NCBI GenBank assembly: GCA_964016885.1
Contig: OZ024747.1
Location: forward strand, 14,632,001 to 14,696,000
DNA: 64,000 nucleotides
Direction of reading: 5' to 3'
Source: Eledone cirrhosa
Lineage: Eukaryota
Shown: piece after piece, positions 55,121 to 64,000 of the stretch
Layout: each line of letters begins with the position of its first letter
How positions within the stretch are numbered: the first letter of the stretch is position 1
Translations under genes and position numbers: made by a program
Notes under the pieces: model-generated
Databases searched by the model: none
What the model was told of the DNA's origin: nothing
Seen by the model: only the letters and a program-made list of their open reading frames with translations

Positions 55121-56796
55121 CTATATATGCATGTATGTATTCGATATCATATATAATACACAAATCTATTTATATCCAAGTTCTTCTGTAACACTTCTAC
55201 CCCCGGCTGAAGTGAAGCGTGAAGCTCTTGTTTGCTTCAAGGGAGATAATTTTCTATCCATGAATGGGAACGTGCAATAATGTGAGCATTGAGAAGCAAT
55301 GTTCTTCAATTATAAAATAGAAGTATCTTGTATTAGCGAACATACTACATATTCAACGTAATATCTTTGTCAATAATTTAGGAAATATTTTCTATTCGTA
55401 CGATCGCATCATTGTTCTACGTGAGATGTAATAGAACTCGCTTCTTCTCCATACGTATTGTAAGTGAGCAATCATTGAAAATTAAACATCATTCGTTTGT
55501 CTACACCCTCCATTTCTTTCCACAAACAGACTGAATTAATAAAAAAGGACACTAGTAAAAAGTACTATGGCAGACAGCAGAAGCAACAACAATAACAGTT
55601 TTGCATCACGATGTATATCACGACTAGTGTCAGCTAAGATATTTGGGGGCCGGTCTGCGGAGGAAGAACGCTGGCATCAAACGTTCATCCTGGTACGAAT
55701 GAAGAAATAAATTGGACTGCGTGAAAGTTATTCAAGGGTTAAGGCGTGTTGGTAAACCGGGTAACTATGGGATTTGAACTCATAACGCAAATACACGAGC
55801 AAATGCCTACAGTCTTATGATCTACTGATTCCATTCTTTGATTACTATAGTTTCTTAATTTATCAACTCCACAAGTGTAAATGGCAAAGTTGACTTCGGT
55901 GGAATGATATTTGAACTTACAATGCAATGAATGAGAATAAATACTCTAAGGCATTTCCCTGATTCCCTGATAATTCTACAAATTCACCTGATATGATTAG
56001 TGACAATATTTGAAAGAAATCGATAACATATATGAAGTATACCTCCAGTATCTTTACCAACATCAGTTCTGCTGTGCATAGTTTCGACGACAATTTCTGG
56101 AGTTGGGGAAATATTTTTTACTGGTCATAAACGTCGTTAAGCTGACTGGGAACTTTGTCTATGGCTTTCATAAAGAAATATGTGATTTTACTATTCTAAT
56201 GTATTCTAAATACGACAGCTGGTGCTTATTCGTAGCTGACATGAAATTTGGAACAATGAGAAAATAATCAATAATTTGTAATACATAATACCACATAACA
56301 TGTGGTGGAATATTCCGGGCGTTGTGACACGAAGCGTGGTGGTAGTTGCCTTTGTTATTACGGGTCAGTTGTGTTATTTATTTGTCTGGCATTCACCGAT
56401 AACCTGAACACTATCCAGAGTATAATGAAATTATTTCAATTGCCTATTCACTTGCCTATTCACTCGCCTATTCACCGGATAATTATAATATCCATTCTTC
56501 GCAAATTTGACCGTAGTGCAAATCAAAAGAACTAATGGTAAATTTGAGCAACAAGCTGTTGTACACGTCTAATATATGTGTCATTAATCCTTAATAAACA
56601 GTAGTTTTTAGAATAAAACTGTAACACAACGCTCCTGTGCGGTTTGGATTTCATATAGGCCTTATTAATCAGAGTAACACCAAAATATTTCGTCATCCGC
56701 CTTTTAGTAGGACGAAATAAAAACAACATCAAGTAGACAAATAAAAAAAACTATAGCTAGCAAACAATCATTATTCCCTACATTATAATACAATGA

Positions 56797-56985
56797 AGGG
56801 CGGTGGATTGGCAGTGTCGGTAGAGGGTCGGACGCCATGCTTTCCAGCAGAGAGTTACGCCCTTTTATGGTCTGAGTTCAAATCCCGCCGAGGTTAACTT
56901 TGCCTTTCATCCTTACGGGGTCGACAAAATAAAGTAGCAGTAATGCATTGGGATAATTGCTGGCCTTGTGCCAAATGTAGAAACA
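56797..56985 (+). mobile_element. tRNA-derived SINE with 13-bp TSD
   Basis: Full copy; TSD ATTATAATACAAT at 56782-94 and 56986-98. Other partial or old copies lie near 22680, 23040, 23870-24090, 34754, 40248, 47556-47820, 55830, 62509 and 63925. Confidence 0.92.
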
Positions 56986-59618
56986 ATTATAATACAATAA
57001 AGAACCAGTTAAGTACAAAGGCCGATATATTGGGTCGTCAAGTATGCAATTTGTAGAAATTTGTAAAAAACAAAACAAATTTCTTCAAATCTCATACTTG
57101 AAGACCCAATAATTCACGTTCCTTGTGCCTAAGTTAGAAGCCATATAAGCCCTTAATGGAGAATTCATTTGTATTGTTTATGGTAGAGGGGAAACATAGA
57201 GAGTAAAGAACAAAACGTTTTGAGAATTTAGTCCCTACTGTTACATTTCGATATGGAACTTTCTGTGCCAAGCATCTTTTGACGAATGAGTACCATTCAT
57301 ATATTGGGATCAATTACACGCCTCAATTAAAGATTGTTCAAATTGAATTCAAACAACGCCGAAGTTGACTTTTCCTTTCTTACTTCCATAATATTCATAA
57401 TACATACGAGCTGAATACCGAAATTGATATAATGAAATATAAATACTTCACTAAATACATGATTTCATTACCAAATATACTATGTCATGTTTAAGATCAA
57501 TATATATTCAATATATGATAAACTTGGCTATAGAATGCTCCGGCGACAAATCATTTAAACGTTGTCCGTGTATTATTAAGACTGCTTTCAATTTTCAGAG
57601 ACGTTTTCCATATGAGATGTCGGTCAATTTGTTTGATGAATATTGATCCTATCACAAATGTGTTAATGTGTACAGTAAGAGGAATGTAGTAGAAGAAAAC
57701 ACTAATCAAATTCTATTGCAAACATACGGTTTATACTATTCTAAATACAGAGTTATTTTCCATGGCTTTAAACGCTCATTTTTCTGTTAATATATCTGAA
57801 ATATATGTGAGTACAGCAATAATACCAACATTTATAGCTTACCTTAGAATGTTTACACATGGAGGAAATTCATATTTTTTCTTTTTTCTTAAGCTCGGAA
57901 AGAAAGTCTCGTTTTAGATTAGAACATTTATCAAAGAACACCTTAGTAGGTTACATTACTGAAATGAATTCTATTGGGCTGAAGACGTTTGGATTTCTAA
58001 GCACAAAGATATAAAATAGATAAATACACTTTCTTATCATTGGCTCTTAGCAAAAAAGAAATAGACTAATTGTTTGTGCAATATGTCCTTCCATTGTCGA
58101 TTTTTACATTAGGTATTTGCTTCTCAATTTTTACAATACGTTGTTTTCTATGTATATGTGAGCCATACTAGCATACAATGACTAAGAATTGATGAAGTGA
58201 CCATGAATTGGGCAATAATATATTAATGGAGTTTCCCGTCGAAAACGACGTGTGAATATCCATGTGTTCGATCATCTGAACAGCATAGCCATTACATTGG
58301 CGTATGAAGTAGCTTAGAATTCAAGAGGCACGTGTAGCGTTAACCCATATTTCTAACAGGGATTTATACATCGGGAATTAACTCAAATAACATGGCTTGT
58401 TCTCCCAGTTAAGGGTCATAAACCACTGGATGAAGATTTGGCTTGATGTAGCTGATCGGTTTCTTTTTGATGGAAGTCATCATCATCATCATTCGTCGAC
58501 TACTGTCTCGATGAGAGATCTCACTTTCATGCCCCAGAATTCCAGGAACCCTGGTGCAGTTAGTTGCGAAATCCATCATCTTGCAACACGAACAATTAGG
58601 GAGAGGGTATAAATGCCAGGTTGGTATCTGGCGCCGGGTAACCCACCAAAACGGAGGAGAAAGCACCTTCTTCAAGACTTGGCTGTGAAATTCTTTCACA
58701 TGTGTGTAGTAGTGGCGCCCACACACATTATTAGCTATTTGAAAAGATGATGGATTGATGGAAGTAATTGTTCTTGTAATGATATTCTTTACAAACCAGA
58801 CCTACCACGGTCCTGGCAGAGTTATTAAACCAATTTATGTTCCTATTGGGAAGTCTGCTGTGGGGTCCTTGAGGGTGATAAGGGAATCCCCCTTAGCTAA
58901 ATATTCTAATGTCTGATCTATACTTATCATGATGTGTAGGTATAAGGTCATGGTAAATAGTATGTCATTTATATTTGATACTCTCTTCACTTTTTGCCGT
59001 CGCAAAGGGTTATCTACCCGAATTCATGCAGTTGTATCATAGTAAATAAATTAGTTGATTCTGTGCTACGACATCATTGTGTGTTTTTTGTGTGAATTTG
59101 TGTGAGTGTGCGAGTGAGAGTGTGTGTATAAATATGTAAACGCCCAAGTTTATACATATAAAAAAAATAGTCATGTATTTCGAGTCACCGTAGGTATTGT
59201 TGCATACAATGTATTTTGTTTCAAATTTCGAATTTCGTATTTGTTGAGACGCAGCCATATTCATATTGTTAGAGTTAACATACACGAGGAGTAATCTTTA
59301 AATTCATACATGGGTCAATGCATGCTTGAACATCTCGCCTATATAAATTATATTTACACACACAAATTCATACACACACATGAGGTTGTCCGTGTCTGCA
59401 TGTCTGTGTCCGTACACAGGCACATACACAGGTGCATACACAAACAAACACACACACACACATATATATACATATGTATATCTACCATATGTATATCTAC
59501 CTATCTATCCATCTATCTTCTCTCTCTCTCTCTCTCCATTACTCTCTCTTTCTATCTATATATATATATAAATATATATATATAAAAGTATATATATATA
59601 TAAGTATATATATGTGTG

Positions 59619-59698
<80 letters not shown>

Positions 59699-59705
59699 AA
59701 TATAT

Positions 59706-59859
59706 AACGAAGGAAATGTGGTAAGGAACCAGATGGACCACAACGCACCAAAGTACTCAATACTTAGGGTGCTGAGCTCAAGCCGTTTAGACGGGTAATT
59801 CTGTCCAGAATTAACCGTCGAAACGGCTTGAGCTCAGCCGTCGGGGTCCTACTCGTTCC
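59706..59859. mobile_element. Miniature inverted copy of PLE family N
   Basis: Same two termini as 4105-7235 (AACGAAGGAAATG... and ...CTACTCGTTCC), with an internal deletion and an inversion near 59802. Sits in (TA)n. Confidence 0.88.
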
Positions 59860-59867
59860 TATATATA

Positions 59868-61158
59868 CAGGGTGTTCGGGATAAATTGGACAGTTTCAGA
59901 AAAAGTGCTTGGTATCTACAAAATTTATTTGATTTAAAAGAAATTCAATGGACAAGGAAATTACACTATTGTCAAAGAGTTTTACTCAAAATAACCGCCA
60001 TTGGCGTCTATTACAGCCTCAATCCGGGCCCGGAACCTGGAGCAAACTGATTTTACACTTTCCCTGGGAAGGCCCTCAAAACTACTTTAATTCTGTCGAT
60101 TAACTGGGCTTTTATAGTACTGGCATGGCGATTGGTGTCTTTCTCTACAGCGCCCCATACATAATAGTCCATCGGGTTAAGATCAGGGGAGTTCGAAGGC
60201 CAAACATTGGGACTGGTGTAGTCGTAAAATTGGCTGACAACCATTTTTGACTTTTCCCCGAGGTGTGGCAGGGGGCCGAATCCTGCTGCCATACATACGG
60301 CCTATTATTGGCTACCCTTGTTATCCAGGGCTTAACTACAGTGGTTAGCAATTCCACGTAGGCATCTGAATTCAACCTGAGACCCTGTTTGAAAAAATGC
60401 GGAGGCATCACATCACCCTCGGAGGACACACATCCAAAAACCATGACAGTTTGGAAAAATTTAGTCTGAATGACTCGAGGAGTGTCCTTTGAACTGTATG
60501 CAAGTCATCTGTTATTCTGCGTGTTGTGTTTTTGATCTTGGCAACAGTTTTTCTCATCGGAAAAGAACCAGATTGTTTGTGCTTCAGCAGGATATTTCAC
60601 TTTGCTCAGAAGTTTCTTCGCCTTTGTCAGACGATTTTCGCGGGCCTTTTCTGTGAGAAGTTGACCTCTGCGACGCTTGTATGAGTAGTAGCGAAGGTCT
60701 TCATTGAGTGCAATTTTCATAGTAGAGACTGAAACATTCAATTCACGCGACAAAGACCGAATTCCGATGCCAGGGTCCTCCAACACTTTTTTCTGCAGAT
60801 TTTCGATGAATTCTGCTGTGCGAGAGAAATCAGATCTTCTGTTATGTTTCTTTCTTCTAGCCACAGCCTCGTAGTCTCCATTGCAATTCTCCAGTTCATG
60901 CCGGATTGTTTTTACAGTGTTCAGGGAGCATTGAGCAGCGACCATAATCTCTTTATTTTGATGGCCGGCGCGAATCATCATGATACAAGTTATTCTCTTC
61001 CATGATTCAGGTGGCTCCCAGTCATCCATTCTCGTTGTCATCACATATATGAATGAAGGAGGGTTTAAACTTTCAAATAAAGCCTAGTGGGCATGAATGA
61101 ATTTAAAACATCTGAAAAAACAACCAAATATTATTCTGTCAAATTTATCCCGAACACC

Positions 61159-61161
<3 letters not shown>
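59868..61161 (-). mobile_element. Tc1/mariner superfamily transposon, DD37D (maT) type, full length (1294 bp)
   Basis: 26-bp TIRs CAGGGTGTTCGGGATAAATT(G/T)GACAG, TA flanks, internal transposase. Confidence 0.95.
59982..61044 (-). pseudogene. DD37D transposase with one nonsense change (60505) and two frameshifts
   Basis: FFSDEK, WQQDSAPCH, WPSNSPDLNPMDY; 37 residues between the 2nd and 3rd Asp after frameshift repair; C-terminus RIEAVIDANGGYFE*. Confidence 0.9.
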
Positions 61162-61244
<83 letters not shown>

Positions 61245-61633
61245 GATGGCTGCCCCCTCGTTATCGAGTATGGCCGTTGCACGATATACCATTATTAATA
61301 ATTATCAATTAATGCTATCGTGCAATGCCTGTGCATGAGGATTTTTTTAAAAGTGGGGAAAGACTGTGCACTGAGCCAATCCCACTCTCTGAGCGAAAAT
61401 AGCTAGAGCCCGAAAAGAAGAAAAGATCAACATCATCGGTAACTACTGAGCCGCAGGTTTTATATCGGATTTATCCCAGTTCCCTGAGTTGCCTTCTCCT
61501 AGAAGGATGCCCTGACAAGGGCTAGGTGTTCTTCACTCCCAGTGGTTTAACCACGAGTTTTAATATCCAGTGGTTTAACCACGAGTTTTAATATCCAGCC
61601 CGATCGGGTATCCAGCCCGATTATGTCCCTGCG
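61245..61633 (-). repeat. Interspersed non-coding repeat (shorter copy at 32271-32488), possibly RTE-related and non-autonomous
   Basis: About 215 bp shared between the two loci; internal hairpin TTGCACGATA..TATCGTGCAA; 28-bp tandem duplication at 61540-61597; embedded in TA/CATA tracts. Confidence 0.7.
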
Positions 61634-61955
61634 TATATACATACACATGCATATATACATATACATACATACACATATATATACATATATACATATACAT
61701 ACATACACATATATATACATATATACATATCCATACATACACATATTTACACATTTTTGGATGGCTGTTGACTCTTATGAGTTCTTCCGCCCTTTGTCAG
61801 GTTTTCTATTTTGTCCTGCAGGGTGTCCAAAACCACTCTTCTCACCAAGTATATTTGGTGGGGTTGCCAGTTTAGTCGCCGACGAGCCGACCGTGCAAAA
61901 TGCTACCAGTAGCACTCAAGAGTGACCCGACATAATATACATATACATACATATG

Positions 61956-62446
61956 TCTAAGGCGGGTAAAATTCCCGAGATCCATGGACGAGTTCTCTCC
62001 AGCGGTCTCTGTCCCTCATTATCGCTGCCATGTCCTGCATCTCCAACAGACCAGTGTCTGTCCTTAGGGCATCGACATACGTTAACCTTGGTCTTCCTCT
62101 TCTAGTGTGTCCATGTAGGGGCTCCCAAAGGAGTACTGAGTGCAATGTCAACTTTGGATGTGGTTGAGAGGAAGAGCAAGGCCTGGGTGGCGTGCCACAG
62201 CTTAAGATCGGTGTGGAAGTCGGACCTGCGTAGAGACCTGAAAATCCGCATCTTCATTGCTGTAGTGGAGTCTGTGCTGCTGTATGGGTCTGAGACTTGG
62301 ACACTGACCAAGAAACTCACTCAGATGGTGGATGGGTGCTACACGAGAATGTTGAGGATGGCTCTGAACATTAATCAGTATACACTAAGGATGAAAAACT
62401 TAGAGCTGTATGGGAGCATCCCAAAAGTCAGCTCAAAAGTGATACA
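61956..62446 (-). mobile_element. RTE-clade LINE 3' end with inverted upstream segment
   Basis: Minus strand 61956-62160 reads HPKLTLHSVLLWEP to the 3' end. Plus strand 62157-62446 reads DVVERKSKAW..VESVLLYGSETWTLTK..DGCYTRMLRMALN. Confidence 0.9.
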
Positions 62447-63087
62447 TACATATATATATACATATATAAATATATATATATATGAATATATGTTATTATA
62501 TTATTTACAGTCTGAGTTCAAATCCCGCCGAGGTTAACTTTGCTTTTCATTCCTACGGGATCGATAAAATAAAGTACAAGTAATACACTGGGATAATTGC
62601 TGGCCTTGTGCCGAAAGTAGAAACAATTATATTATTATTGCAAAGCGTATATAATTGCCTTAGTAAATGTACTAGTGTTTGACTATTTAATTATATATAT
62701 ACGTATGCGTGTGTATGCTACTTTTTATGTCTATCTTATATTAACACATATTCAGTTGTAATTTGATGGAAGTCACTTTCGAATTGTATTAATAAATACT
62801 AAGGTGTGTACTAACAGCTGAAACTTCTTTGAAATTTCCCTTTTGTATTTCTATTCATTTTATTTAAATCTCATATTATTTCTGTTTTCTTTTTATTGAG
62901 CATTATATCCTCAAATAATATAAGAAAATGGAACCAATGTGTCACTTTTCAAATATCCTATTAAAAGATCCATTGTATGAATTTTTTTTCTTTTTTGAAG
63001 AAGGGGTATACAATACACGCACACACACACACATATATATATGTGTATGCATGTGTGTATGCATGTATACATATATGTGTATGTATG

Positions 63088-63215
<128 letters not shown>

Positions 63216-64000
63216 TACATACATATATATATGAATCTTTGACATTTGACTTCTGTTCTATTCTAGAAGAATGCAAATGTTTCTTACAAGAAAATGTCAA
63301 ATCAAAAACACAAAGCTTTCTTTACAATTTTTGTTTTTTTGCTCTTTCTATTGGAGCGGCAAAGTTCATAGAACGCTTGTTTACAAGCAACTATTTATAT
63401 ATTTATTTGTCTTTGTTTTTGTTTTTTTATTCGGAAAATAGACGTTTGCGTCTGTGGGAAAATATTAAGATAATCAATAGGCGAAGCAAATTACACTTTA
63501 AAGAGAAATTTTTACCTTAAAGTTAAATTCAAGTGTACAAATAAAAAGACTTCAACACATATATTCTGATAAATAAAAATAATATACTGTTAAAAAATAT
63601 TCCAATAGAAATGTATTTAAAAAAAAAGAGTTTAAATATAAGAAAAGCGTGTATAGAAATAACATTTTAAACATTGAGTAACTGAAAAGAGGAGTATAGA
63701 TAGGGTGCCGTTTCTTTTGGTTCTATATATGAAAAAATGCCTGTTCTAGCGAATGTAATCATGGATTTCACACAGAATTTAAAAATAAATGCACTTGTAC
63801 ACACATAATCTTACACACTCATGAAAATGCACATACATACCGTATTTCCCGGCGCCGAAGACGCTTTGTTTTCGAGAACGCACCCTAGTTTTGACAACCA
63901 AAAGTTTGAAAAAAATAATGATTTCTAGTATAGGCACAAGGTCAGACATTTGTTTGGGTGGAATTCGATTAAATCGACTCCAGTACGTTACTGGTGCTTT

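Overview
AT-rich, microsatellite-dense eukaryotic (animal) genomic DNA, most likely intronic or intergenic sequence of an octopus-type cephalopod. That assignment is inferred from the abundant tRNA-derived SINE family and the (TA)n/(CA)n/(CATA)n load. No complete host gene is recognisable; only a few candidate spliced exons. Nearly all ORF-track entries are translated microsatellites. Recognisable mobile DNA: a 3.1-kb inverted Penelope-like element (PLE) with a GIY-YIG remnant, R4/Dong-like and CRE-like REL-endonuclease LINE fragments, RTE LINE 3' ends with 5' inversions, a decayed DD37D (maT) Tc1/mariner element, a non-autonomous Helitron, a MITE and many SINEs. Main observation: five mutually dissimilar families of inverted-repeat (fold-back) insertions, mostly in (TA)n tracts, share one architecture. 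Each has a type I hammerhead-ribozyme fold (complete, degenerate or 3' half only), one arm ending at a fixed boundary, and the other arm carrying a ~55-90 nt tail. In four families the tail starts with the same ACTC...GAGT(G/A)CT hairpin 3-8 nt past the boundary. This suggests a PLE-driven system of small ribozyme-bearing palindromic elements with a shared cis-signal.
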